Source: Spirochaetales bacterium (GTDB taxonomy: Bacteria; Spirochaetota; Spirochaetia; SZUA-6; RPPD01). Taken from it: DNA of 64,000 bases. The translations under genes and the position numbers were made by a program. Positions 8,588 to 17,768 of this stretch are shown piece after piece. Position 1 is the first letter of the stretch; the number at the start of each line of letters is the position of its first letter. The stretch is taken from contig JAFGGG010000021.1 of assembly GCA_016930675.1 (NCBI GenBank), forward strand, positions 38,905 to 102,904. Direction: 5' to 3'. A model generated the notes under the pieces. The model saw only the letters and a list, made by a program, of their open reading frames with translations. It was not told where the DNA came from and did not search any database.

Positions 8588-10285
8588 TTAGAAAGTAAGC
8601 ACTTTCCTCTCTCCTAATGCACTATCTTCAAAAACCATCTCCCGATTCGCCTTTCCCGGCGCTACTATGGGGTACACGTTTTCCGTACCCGAAATCGGAA
8701 TTTCAATGAGCATGGGACCAGATTCTTTGCCTGCCTGTTTAAGCACCGCAGTAACATCATCCGCTTCCGTAAGCTTGACTGCTTTGATCCCGAATGCTTC
8801 GGCCAGGACGGCAAAGTCCATTTGTTTTTCAAAACAGGACGCCGCGTAGATTTTATCGTAAAACAGCTCCTGCTGCTGTCGCACCAAACCTAATTGGTTA
8901 TTGTTAAACAGGATGATGGTAATATTCAGATCCAGTTCCGCCAGTGTAACAAGCTCCTGAATGTTCATATACAGGGAGCCGTCCCCGCTGATACAGAGTA
9001 TGTTTTTGTCCGGATTTGCTAGGGCCGCGCCGATAGCCGCGGGCAGGCCGAACCCCATGGTGCCCAAACCTCCCGATGTCAACAGAGTGCGGGGCTTAGA
9101 AAATCCATAGCCCTGAGCCGTCCACATCTGATGCTGTCCCACATCCGTGGTCACTATTGTGTTCGCCGGCAGGCTTGAGTTGATCTGCTTAAGCAACGCA
9201 AGCGGGTGGCGAGCGTCATTTTTTTCCGGAATAAATTCAGGAAACCGGCATTGGATTTCACTTATTTCTTTTGTCCATAAGTAGCGCTCCTGTGCCTGAA
9301 TTAACGGCAGCAGCTGCCGAAACACAGCTTTAAGGTCTCCCGCCACCGCCAGATCCGCCTTTTTGATCTTGTCAATCTCCCGTTCATCTATATCAATATG
9401 AATAATTTTTGCCTGCGGGCAGAACTCCTTAACCTTGCCTGTCGCCCTGTCATCAAAACGCACGCCCAGAGCAATCAGCAGATCTGTTTCATCAAGAATA
9501 TTGTTGGTTGCCCGCAATCCGTGCATGCCCAGCATGCCCAGAAACAGGGGATCGCGCGCCGGGAAACAGCCCAGCCCCATCAGGGTTGACACCAGCGGAA
9601 TATTGCCGGTCTTTGCCAGTTCGTACAGTTCATTATGGGTTCCCGACGCAATAACGCCGCCTCCGGCGTAGATCAGCGGCCGCCCGGCCTGATTAATGGC
9701 CCGCGCTATTTGTTTTATCTTGTCCTTATCCGGCGCGGCGCCCGCTGTTTTTTGCCCCGAGTCCGGCCAAACCTCAAACTCAATATCGGCAAGCTGCACA
9801 TCTTTTGGCACATCGATAACAACCGGCCCCTGTCTGCCGCTTTGTGCGATACTAAAAGCTTCCGGGATCACCATCAACAGATCCCGCGCCTTGGTCGCCA
9901 GATAGCTTTTTTTGGTAATGGGTTTGCACAGCTCAAGCGTATTGATCTCCTGAAACGCGTCAGTTCCTAAAAAGGCTGTGGGCACCTGCCCGCAGATCAC
10001 GATTATGGGCACCGAATCCATCTTGGCATCGGTCACAGCGGTAAGCACATTGGTCACTCCGGGTCCGGATGTCACGAAGCAAACAGCCGGCCTGCCGGTT
10101 GAGCGCGCCATGCCGTGCGCCATAAAGCCCGCTCCCTGTTCATGGCGGGCCAGTACATGTTGAATCGAACTCTGCGCCAAAGCTTTGTACAAAGGCAGAT
10201 TTGCTCCTCCCAGAATGCCCGTTACAATCTCTATACCCTGTCGCTCCAGTAAGGCAATAATCAGTTCCGCTCCATTCATTTTCAT
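8588..10285 (-). CDS. ilvB: Acetolactate synthase (acetohydroxy-acid synthase) large subunit, IlvB-like
   Basis: 565 aa ThDP enzyme closely resembling E. coli IlvB (GAELIIALLERQGIEIVTGILGG..., HEQGAGFMAHGMAR, GPGVTNVLTAV, GTDAFQE, GGLGTMGFGLPAAIGA). AGGAGG RBS. There is no ilvN-like small-subunit ORF downstream. Confidence 0.85.
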   Translation of the reverse strand: MKMNGAELIIALLERQGIEIVTGILGGANLPLYKALAQSSIQHVLARHEQGAGFMAHGMARSTGRPAVCFVTSGPGVTNVLTAVTDAKMDSVPIIVICGQVPTAFLGTDAFQEINTLELCKPITKKSYLATKARDLLMVIPEAFSIAQSGRQGPVVIDVPKDVQLADIEFEVWPDSGQKTAGAAPDKDKIKQIARAINQAGRPLIYAGGGVIASGTHNELYELAKTGNIPLVSTLMGLGCFPARDPLFLGMLGMHGLRATNNILDETDLLIALGVRFDDRATGKVKEFCPQAKIIHIDIDEREIDKIKKADLAVAGDLKAVFRQLLPLIQAQERYLWTKEISEIQCRFPEFIPEKNDARHPLALLKQINSSLPANTIVTTDVGQHQMWTAQGYGFSKPRTLLTSGGLGTMGFGLPAAIGAALANPDKNILCISGDGSLYMNIQELVTLAELDLNITIILFNNNQLGLVRQQQELFYDKIYAASCFEKQMDFAVLAEAFGIKAVKLTEADDVTAVLKQAGKESGPMLIEIPISGTENVYPIVAPGKANREMVFEDSALGERKVLTF

Positions 10286-10333
10286 AATTCTTTTCCTCCT
10301 ATAAATATTTATTGTTTGGGAAGCGGCTGAAAA

Positions 10334-10376
10334 CGGATTTTATATTTAATCCGACGCAGTGCGGATTTAAATCCGC
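10334..10376. promoter_or_regulatory. Two adjacent palindromes CGGATTTtatatttAATCCG (10334-10353) and GCGGATTTAAATCCGC (10361-10376) between the ilvB attenuator terminator and the ilvB RBS
   Basis: Perfect inverted repeats sharing the half-site CGGATTT/AAATCCG. They lie in the 5'UTR of ilvB and are candidate operator sites or RNA hairpins. Confidence 0.4.
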
Positions 10377-10414
10377 GCGGACCACACCGCTGTAAGCATC
10401 TTGCCTGCAGGGCA

Positions 10415-10450
10415 TAAAAAAAGCCCCTGCAGGTTCACACCTCCAGGGGC
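10415..10450 (-). terminator. Rho-independent terminator (attenuator) downstream of the ilvB leader peptide: GCCCCTG-N14-CAGGGGC + U7-8
   Basis: On the minus strand: GCCCCTGgaggtgtgaacctgCAGGGGCTTTTTTTa, 25 nt after the leader stop. A-rich on the other flank, so it is structurally bidirectional. Confidence 0.75.
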
Positions 10451-10474
10451 TTTTCTTCCCTTTTATCCTACCCT

Positions 10475-10570
10475 TTAAGTCCTCCGGTGCAAACCTGGTG
10501 CGAGACGATCTACTACGACGACTACAAGAACGAGAACATTTAAATTTTGGTTTGCACGAAATATATTCAT
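10475..10570 (-). CDS. ivbL: ilvB leader peptide, 31 aa: MNIFRANQNLNVLVLVVVVVDRLAPGLHRRT (Val/Leu run)
   Basis: Translated from the ATG at 10570. Nine consecutive Val/Leu codons (GTT CTC GTT CTT GTA GTC GTC GTA GTA) directly upstream of a strong terminator and of ilvB. Analogous to E. coli IvbL (…AAVVVVRVVVVV…). The longer track ORF (10475..10672) begins at a TTG and is rejected. Confidence 0.7.
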   Translation of the reverse strand: MNIFRANQNLNVLVLVVVVVDRLAPGLHRRT

Positions 10571-10589
10571 AATTTTCAACCTAAAACAA

Positions 10590-10618
10590 ATATAAGCGTT
10601 TTTAGCGGCAAGTGTCAA
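10590..10618 (-). promoter_or_regulatory. Putative promoter for the ilvB leader (TTGACA-N17-TTATAT)
   Basis: On the minus strand: cctcTTGACA cttgccgctaaaaacgc TTATATttgttttaggttgaaaatt ATG. Confidence 0.35.
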
Positions 10619-10760
10619 GAGGTCACATCGCCGTATTAGAAAAGAATCATAGTAAATATACAAAACACACAAGCTTCATAGCACTCTAGGTTTTTATGGC
10701 TTTTATCCGGTCCACACCTCGCCTTAACATTTGAAAAAAGATTAATATTCATGCAACACT

Positions 10761-11243
10761 ATGAAAAGAGTATTAACGGCGATCTTCATACTATTACCAT
10801 TGCTTAGCGCCTGCTCTGAAAGCGAGAACAGTAATGATATCAGAAACATTCACATTATGATCCTCACCATGAAACATAATTTCCCGATTCGCAAAGACAA
10901 AGTGTGTCTTTTCGGTTTTACCTATTTAAACAACACAATGCTTTTAGCTAACATAGAAACCGTATAGGCCCGGTAACTTTTTAATGTCTTTATAACAGGT
11001 TACGGCGGCTCAGGCTTTTTACTGGACAAATATATAGCGATGGACATGATCCCGGAAGGATTAAAAATACCGGGATTAATATTTTGGGGAGAAAAAGCAG
11101 TTGCCAAAACTGCTAAAAGCGTAGCCGAGTTTTTATTACGTCAGGGCTGGGATATCACCACCTGGCGACATGATGGTTGGAATTTTGTTAGAGAAGATAT
11201 AATTTTAAAATCTTTTGACTGGCTGGAAAAAAAGATTCCATAA
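10761..11243 (+). pseudogene. Probable disrupted small lipoprotein gene: two ORFs (10761-10967 and 11040-11243) lie in the same frame, separated by a single TAG at 10965
   Basis: ORF1 has a signal peptide and lipobox (LLPLLSAC). Reading through the TAG gives a continuous ~160 aa frame (…IETV*ARVTFNVFITGYGGSGFLLDKYIAMDMIPEGLKIPGLIFWGEKA…). The C-terminal part resembles the end of an alpha/beta-hydrolase fold. Confidence 0.35.
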
Positions 11244-11417
11244 TAATATTTATCGATTACGGAAAGCTGATTTCAAGATTATATAATCCGGGAACATCTA
11301 ATTTTTACTGTACTTTTTCCTTTTAAGCGGTCTGATCAAACCATAAGGCAGGCTGCTCTGGCAACCTGCCTTATGCGTAATACAATTGGAAAACCCACCC
11401 AGATTTGTCTTGCTATT

Positions 11418-12293
11418 TCATTTCCCTTTTTTGACGGGAATCCATATTTCAAACGGTATATTATCTACGCAATCTTCTGCAGGCGGGTATACCTCGATTT
11501 CTTCATCTCCCGCATGGGTATAATCCGTTGCAGGGAACCACTCTGAAAATATCTGCTTCCAAACCTTTTGAATGGCATCCGGCATGGGCCCGGAACCCCT
11601 AAAAACCGCCCAGGTGTGCGGTTTAATGATCCTAGTTTTTAAGGGCTTAACATCGGCACCTTTTTTGGGCTCCATTCCGATCATGTAGTTGAATTCTTCC
11701 TGCTGCTCGGAGAAGTCCATGCAGATTCCCAGACAGGAACCGCGTAAAATTCCATTGGGATCCGAATGGGACATAATGGTGTCAATCTCACCGCCGGCCT
11801 CCAGTTCCTGCCAAAACTGAGGAATTTCCTTGAAATTCTGGCCGTCCTTGGAGGTAAAATGTCTCATCTCCCCGGCTACGGTGATTTCCCCTAAATTTTT
11901 AATTTCATAGTCCATACAATACTCTCCTTTAACTGTTAGTTGGAAAGATAATGGCGGATAGGCTTTAATCGAAACTCCCGGTTTGCGAACCGTCCCAGGT
12001 GTAAAACCGTGCATACGGCTGAAGGCCCTGGTAAAGGAGGCTTGAGATTCATAGCCGTACTTTAAAGCCGTTTCCAGAATTTCAGCACCCTTAAGAATAT
12101 CCACTGCAGCCAGAGTTAATCTGCGGCGTCTTATATATTCGGCAAGGGTGACATTTGACAGGATATTAAACATCCTCTGGAAATGGAAACTGCTCGTATA
12201 AGCCTCTGCCGCTATGTTATCAAAATCCAATTCCTCTGTCAGGTTCTGTTCCACATACCGTAAAGCGTGATTAAAACGTGTTATCCAATCCAT
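11418..12293 (-). CDS. AraC-family transcriptional regulator with C-terminal GyrI-like small-molecule-binding domain
   Basis: N-terminal AraC HTH (…EAYTSSFHFQRMFN…YESQASFTRAFSRMHGFTPG) and a C-terminal GyrI-like domain. Confidence 0.75.
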   Translation of the reverse strand: MDWITRFNHALRYVEQNLTEELDFDNIAAEAYTSSFHFQRMFNILSNVTLAEYIRRRRLTLAAVDILKGAEILETALKYGYESQASFTRAFSRMHGFTPGTVRKPGVSIKAYPPLSFQLTVKGEYCMDYEIKNLGEITVAGEMRHFTSKDGQNFKEIPQFWQELEAGGEIDTIMSHSDPNGILRGSCLGICMDFSEQQEEFNYMIGMEPKKGADVKPLKTRIIKPHTWAVFRGSGPMPDAIQKVWKQIFSEWFPATDYTHAGDEEIEVYPPAEDCVDNIPFEIWIPVKKGK

Positions 12294-12372
12294 ATCTTCC
12301 TCTTATTCAAGCAGCTTATACCTTCAGAAGAATCAAGTTTTGATTATTCGTGCTTTGTTCTGTTAAAATGCT

Positions 12373-14175
12373 TCAATTGTATGACAGCAGTTTCATTTTT
12401 TCCAGCGCATTTGTAAATTCATCAAAGCGCTGATTATAATGAGAGCAGCCGTGCTGAAGTATTTTATTATTGGCCAACATTATATTCATCGTACCTTCGG
12501 AAAAGCTTATGTTTGTAATCTGTCGTAAAGGTACATACGTGGAAATCATGCCGTAATTTGCTGTATAATTTTTTCTGGGAATTTCTGTATCCTGTAACAG
12601 GAGAAGTTCTTTATCCGTCAAAATAAAAAGACTGTTGGGGATATGTGTCCTGAAAACGGAGATTTTTTTCTGGAACATGTTGGAAATTATTATTGTGCCG
12701 GGCAGAATGGATCGTCTGCTGTAATTATAAAATTTGTAACTGAATTCGTGAAGATAATCCAGTTTCGCCAACTCCGTTTCATGCTTTTCATGATTATACC
12801 TGATATCTGTTTCTTGAAAGAGTTTTCTCCTCATAGTCATTATGATTGGATTAAAAATCTCGTCATTTACGGTATTGTAGGGAATGGTTGCCGTATCAGA
12901 AACGTTATTTATATTTAACCATGAATGTAAGAGTACCTCCCCGTGTACAATATAGGTAATCGATTCCAAAGGAATTTCGGTCTTTGCAACAGCCTCCTGC
13001 CTTTTCTCCAAAATGGTTACCTTGTCATCATATATGCAAAACAGCTTTTCATATCTCTTCAATTGACGGGGTAATTTTATCTCTGGGATTCTGATGATAT
13101 AAGGCAGCTCTTTTGAGGCAATCGGGAAATAGATACTGTACTCTATGGGGATATCCTTATACTTTCTGATTACACCAGACCAGTGTTGTATCGCTTTATT
13201 AACTCCGGGAACTATATGTTCTTTGTTTGATTGCAGATTTCTCGCTTCTGTTATGCTTTTATACTTTTCATCGTGCTGGTGCACATCATTTTTACCGTGC
13301 TTTATCATCGTATTTAAGGCATACTCAAAAGCCTGTTCTGCATCCAGTGGTCGATTGCGGGGATTCAGCTGCAGGAAATACTCCAGCAGATTATACATCG
13401 AATGTGACTCTTTTATGAAAGACTTCCATTCAAGGATATTATTGTCATTCATCATTTTTTCCGGACTCAGGTGGGTTAACAGAACCAAGGCCAATACCCC
13501 CACTGCGTAGATATCCGTTTGAGGGAGTCCCTTGCCCATAAACTGTTCCGGTGCCATGTAGCCGAATGTGCCCGCGACCGTATCTCCATGAACCGTGTTT
13601 CTAACCACATCCTTTACCGAACCAAAATCAATCAATACAATACTGCCATTGGGTTTACGAATGAGATTGGAGAGTTTAATATCCCTATGGATAACCGCCG
13701 GATTCAAACTCTGAAGATATTTGAGTATTTTAAGCACGTCGAGTATAAGCTCAAAAACCTCACTGTCAGTGTAACGCTTTTGTTTGAATTCATCTTTCAG
13801 ATTTGTGCCTTTTACGTATTGCTGCACCAGATAATGAATATAATACTTTCCGGATTCAAAATTGAAATAGTCCAGGAATTTAGGTATCTGAGGATGGTTG
13901 AGCTGCCGCAAAACCCGCATTTCACGGATAAACAGTTCCTCCTCTTTCCAGCTTTTTATCTTATGAATGGACAGTTCCTTTATTATTACCTTTCTATTTC
14001 CCATTTTTAAAGAAGCCAGATAGGTAATCGCCTGATTACAGCCAATGATCTCATGCAGCAGGTATGTGTCTTTTAATAAAAGATTACTATTGCAGGCAGT
14101 ACATTTTTGTAAACTGGCTGCTACTTTTTCTCCGCAACCGGGGCAAACACATGTGTCCATACTGCCATAATACAC
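12373..14175 (-). CDS. Ser/Thr protein kinase with N-terminal zinc-ribbon (CPGCG…CTAC) and ~300 aa uncharacterised C-terminal domain
   Basis: Hanks kinase motifs HRDIKLSNL, DFG, APE. N-terminal CxxC…CxxC. The C-terminal half has no recognisable family. Confidence 0.8.
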   Translation of the reverse strand: MYYGSMDTCVCPGCGEKVAASLQKCTACNSNLLLKDTYLLHEIIGCNQAITYLASLKMGNRKVIIKELSIHKIKSWKEEELFIREMRVLRQLNHPQIPKFLDYFNFESGKYYIHYLVQQYVKGTNLKDEFKQKRYTDSEVFELILDVLKILKYLQSLNPAVIHRDIKLSNLIRKPNGSIVLIDFGSVKDVVRNTVHGDTVAGTFGYMAPEQFMGKGLPQTDIYAVGVLALVLLTHLSPEKMMNDNNILEWKSFIKESHSMYNLLEYFLQLNPRNRPLDAEQAFEYALNTMIKHGKNDVHQHDEKYKSITEARNLQSNKEHIVPGVNKAIQHWSGVIRKYKDIPIEYSIYFPIASKELPYIIRIPEIKLPRQLKRYEKLFCIYDDKVTILEKRQEAVAKTEIPLESITYIVHGEVLLHSWLNINNVSDTATIPYNTVNDEIFNPIIMTMRRKLFQETDIRYNHEKHETELAKLDYLHEFSYKFYNYSRRSILPGTIIISNMFQKKISVFRTHIPNSLFILTDKELLLLQDTEIPRKNYTANYGMISTYVPLRQITNISFSEGTMNIMLANNKILQHGCSHYNQRFDEFTNALEKMKLLSYN

Positions 14176-14260
14176 AGAAAAACTGTCATATGCAAACTGT
14201 GTTTTATCATTTGACTATCTTGCGCTTTCATTCTACACTTTTTAATGAAAGAACAAGGAG

Positions 14261-16156
14261 ATGCCAAAGTCTCAAAAGAAAAGTGAAACCGCCCACCTTA
14301 AAAAAGCTCTTGGTGTGTTTTCGGTATTCAGCATTGCCAGCGGCGCCATGATCAGCTCTGGCCTTTTTATCCTGCCGGGGATTGTCTACGCCAAGGCCGG
14401 ACCTTCAATTATTTTAGGTTACTTTTTAGCATCGCTTTTAATTATTCCCGCCATGTTTTCCAAAACAGAACTGGCCACGGCCATGCCCAAATCCGGAGGC
14501 ACGTACTTCTTTGTGCACAGAAGCCTGGGGCCGCTTTTCGGTACCTTCGCGGGATTCGCCTCCTGGTTTTCCTTGAGTCTGAAGAGTGCCTTTGCCCTGG
14601 TGGGTATCGGGATTTTTTTGGAGCCGCTTGTACAGAATCTTCTGCTCCCGGCCCATATAATCACCAAGGGCATCGCGGTGCTGTTTACCGTGGTCTTCTG
14701 CTTGCTGAATATTCTGGGTATAAAGGAAAGCGCAAGGCTGCAGAATATAATGCTGTTTTTACTTCTACTGATTTTGGCTGTTTTTAATTTAATCGGTATT
14801 AACAATCTTACCAATATTCAAAATTTTAATCCGTTTTTAAAGCACGGCTGGCTGCCTATCATCACGGTAACAGGAATGATTTTCATTTCATACGGCGGAC
14901 TCACCAAAATCGCCTCCGTGGCCGAAGAAATAAAAAATCCCAATAAAACCATACCGCGCGGCATGTTCGCCGCCTTTTCCGTGGTAACCGTAATCTATGT
15001 GCTTACAGTCTTTATTACAATCGGTGTCAGCGGAAATAAGCTGGAAAATTCATTCACCCCTATATCCGACGCCGCAAAAGTTTTTTTAGGTCAACCCGGA
15101 TTCATTCTGCTTGCCGCGGCAGCCATGTTTGCCTTTATTACCACAGCCAACGCCGGTCTGCTTTCCGCCTCCCGCAATCCCCTGGCCATGGCCAAAGACA
15201 ATCTTATACCCTCTTTTTTTTCACGCATGAACGTAAAACTCAAAACCCCGACCGTCTCAATAATCATCACCTCGACCTTTATGATTTTAATCATCATCTT
15301 CTTAGACTTGGAACAACTGGTCAAGGTAGCCTCCACCATGATGCTTATCCTGTTCGCCTTCGACAACCTATCACTTATACTTATGCGGGAAAGCAAAATC
15401 ATCTCCTACAAACCCTCATATAAAGCTCCTCTATATCCCTACTTACAGATTGTCGGAACCATTCTGTATGTGGTTCTAATAATAGAAATGGGTTTGATAA
15501 CTTTTTTAATCACATCCGCTTTTTTTGTAATTTCTTTTCTATGGTACATTCTCTATTCAAAGTCACGCGCGGAAAGGGATTCCGCGCTTATTCACATTGT
15601 AGAGCGGGTTACTTCAAAAGAGATTAAATCCCGTACCATTACGGATGAACTGCAAAACATTCTTATAGAAAGAGACCAAATTATCGAAGACCGTTTCGAT
15701 AAAATTATTAAACAGGCATCGATTCTTGATATCGATAAAGAGATCGATGTAGCTGAGCTCTTTCGTATTATCGCCTCTACCTTCTCTAAGAAATTCAAAA
15801 TAAAACATGGTACCATACTCAAACTTTTAAAAGCGCGTGAAGCGGAATCTTCAACAGCAATTCACGCGGGATTAGCTATTCCTCATATTATTATTCCGGG
15901 CACATCCCTGTTTGATATTGTACTTATCCGTTGTAAAGAGGGCATTCATTATGGTCCGGAAATTCCTTTGGTAAACATAGTTTTCGCCTTAGTGGGCACA
16001 AAAGACGAACGTAATTTTCACCTGCAGGCGCTGATGGCCATTGCGCAGATAGTACAGCATAAGGATTTTGAGCACACATGGATGAAAACAAAAAGCCTTG
16101 AAGACCTGCGCAGCCTGATTCTGCTCACTCAGCGTCTGCGCAAGGGAAATGCATAA
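14261..16156 (+). CDS. APC-superfamily amino acid permease fused to a C-terminal PTS EIIA(Ntr)/fructose-type EIIA domain
   Basis: About 12 predicted TM helices (AA_permease-like: SGLFILPG, GGTYFF). The C-terminal ~150 aa show PtsN/EIIA-2 features (HGLAIPHIIIPG…, FALVGTKDE…HLQALMAIAQI). RBS CAAGGAG. Confidence 0.75.
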   Translation: MPKSQKKSETAHLKKALGVFSVFSIASGAMISSGLFILPGIVYAKAGPSIILGYFLASLLIIPAMFSKTELATAMPKSGGTYFFVHRSLGPLFGTFAGFASWFSLSLKSAFALVGIGIFLEPLVQNLLLPAHIITKGIAVLFTVVFCLLNILGIKESARLQNIMLFLLLLILAVFNLIGINNLTNIQNFNPFLKHGWLPIITVTGMIFISYGGLTKIASVAEEIKNPNKTIPRGMFAAFSVVTVIYVLTVFITIGVSGNKLENSFTPISDAAKVFLGQPGFILLAAAAMFAFITTANAGLLSASRNPLAMAKDNLIPSFFSRMNVKLKTPTVSIIITSTFMILIIIFLDLEQLVKVASTMMLILFAFDNLSLILMRESKIISYKPSYKAPLYPYLQIVGTILYVVLIIEMGLITFLITSAFFVISFLWYILYSKSRAERDSALIHIVERVTSKEIKSRTITDELQNILIERDQIIEDRFDKIIKQASILDIDKEIDVAELFRIIASTFSKKFKIKHGTILKLLKAREAESSTAIHAGLAIPHIIIPGTSLFDIVLIRCKEGIHYGPEIPLVNIVFALVGTKDERNFHLQALMAIAQIVQHKDFEHTWMKTKSLEDLRSLILLTQRLRKGNA

Positions 16157-16229
16157 AAAATAAAAAATTTATCGAGTTTTTTGAATTTCGTGTTACATTT
16201 TTTATTAAAAATAGTTTGGAGGTGTATTT

Positions 16230-16841
16230 ATGAAAGGTGGCGTAATAAATGTAACAAAAGCTAAAGGTGACGTATACTTTCTTTCACGTGAAGGTAAAGA
16301 AGTATTCGATCCCCTGCTTGATGTGGAAGTGAGCATAAATCAGGATTTTCCGGGTATTTCATTAAAGGATTCCGTGGCCGAAGCGGAGCGCTTTGCAGTG
16401 GGAGCGATCAAGCAAAAAGTACAACAAAATATGAGAGGGAAAACCTGTTTTCCCATCGTACGCGATATTAGAATAACATATAAGATAAAATACGGTTTCA
16501 CGCAGGAAAAAGCCCTGCAGAGGGAACTTCAGTTTGAAGCCGGAGAACTGATCATTAAAAAGGGTGATTACGGCAATGAGTTTTTCTGGATAAAGGACGG
16601 TACAGTGGAAGCGGACAAGGTGGTTTATAAACCGGGAAGTGTGTTCGGCCGGGCGGCGTTTAGCGACGGTATTCGTAAAAAGAATGTATTCGCCAAAACA
16701 GATGCCACTATTATTGCCATTAACAAAGATCATCCGGATATTATAAGCAAACTTCCACTTATCCTGGAAAAATTTTCAGAGGAAGTGAAAAGGATCAGAA
16801 AAGTACGTCCGCGCGCGCGTCTGGATAAAATAAAAATCTAA
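16230..16841 (+). CDS. Cyclic-nucleotide-binding (CAP-effector-like) domain protein
   Basis: cNMP-binding signature FEAGELIIKKGDYGNEFFWIKDGTVE…GSVFG. Confidence 0.6.
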   Translation: MKGGVINVTKAKGDVYFLSREGKEVFDPLLDVEVSINQDFPGISLKDSVAEAERFAVGAIKQKVQQNMRGKTCFPIVRDIRITYKIKYGFTQEKALQRELQFEAGELIIKKGDYGNEFFWIKDGTVEADKVVYKPGSVFGRAAFSDGIRKKNVFAKTDATIIAINKDHPDIISKLPLILEKFSEEVKRIRKVRPRARLDKIKI

Positions 16842-16847
16842 TTTTCT

Positions 16848-17585
16848 CTAATAGCCTCCATAGCTTTTAAGCAGCTCCGCTGCTTCGGACTTTTCCGCTT
16901 TAATGGCTGTCTGGTACGGGGTAAAACCGTTGCTGGCTTTTTTATTAATCTCTGCGCCATGATCTATAAGCAGGACTATCATCTCCTTCTGTCCGTAAAG
17001 CGCAGCCATATGCAATGGAGTAAGGTCATAAACAGCCAGAGCATGCACATCAGCACCGTTATCCAAAAGCAGCTTAGCTCCTTCCAGCAAATCCGTTGTC
17101 ACAATAATATGAAGCGGAGTATAACCCTCACTGCTCTTGATATTAACCTGAGCGCCCTCTTTAATTAACACTTTAAGAACCTCGATTTGTTTTCCTGACA
17201 CGGCTTCCAGTATGGGTGAAAGACCGTTTTCAGGGCTTTGATGATTTATATTGGCCCCGGCTTTGAGGAGCAGCAGTACGATGTCTTTAAATCCTCTTCC
17301 GCAGGCCCAGCTGAGCGGAGTACAGCCTTTATTATCGATGGGATCTATCTCTGCTCCTGACTTAATCAGAATTTTTACTATACCAATTTGACCGTTATAT
17401 GCTGCGCAATGCAGGGGTGTCCAGTGATTTTTCTCATCCGGCTGATTAATAAGCTCAGGATTTTCTTTGAGGAGACGCATGAGTTCTTCTTTATTCCCCT
17501 GCCAGGCCGCTTCATATATATCCTGCGCTAAAAGAGTTACATTTAATAATACTGTAAGACCAACCAGTAAGAGTAGCTTTTTCAT
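16848..17585 (-). CDS. Secreted ankyrin-repeat protein
   Basis: Signal peptide, then at least 6 ankyrin repeats (TPLHxAAxxGxxxxVxxLLxxGA). Confidence 0.8.
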   Translation of the reverse strand: MKKLLLLVGLTVLLNVTLLAQDIYEAAWQGNKEELMRLLKENPELINQPDEKNHWTPLHCAAYNGQIGIVKILIKSGAEIDPIDNKGCTPLSWACGRGFKDIVLLLLKAGANINHQSPENGLSPILEAVSGKQIEVLKVLIKEGAQVNIKSSEGYTPLHIIVTTDLLEGAKLLLDNGADVHALAVYDLTPLHMAALYGQKEMIVLLIDHGAEINKKASNGFTPYQTAIKAEKSEAAELLKSYGGY

Positions 17586-17768
17586 CTATCAATCTCCTTA
17601 TAAATATATTATAGCGAAAAATTTTCCTATTTTCTTAAATTTTAAACCATTAGCTGATACTACTAGTTTACATAATCTAGTAAGCAATTTCAAAAAAATT
17701 TGAATAATTCTATTTTTTTGGTTAAAACACTTTGATAAGTCTATTTTTTTTTATATGCTCTTAAGACT

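Noticed and set aside
10475-10672. 65-aa version of the ilvB leader ORF given in the track
   Set aside because: The extended ORF begins at a TTG. The internal ATG at 10570 gives a 31-aa peptide comparable to E. coli IvbL and sits just downstream of a TTGACA-N17-TTATAT promoter.
11341-11380. Perfect 11-bp hairpin CATAAGGCAGG-N13-CCTGCCTTATG downstream of the AraC-family gene
   Set aside because: No U-tract on either side, so not called a rho-independent terminator. Noted only as a possible 3' stabilising structure.
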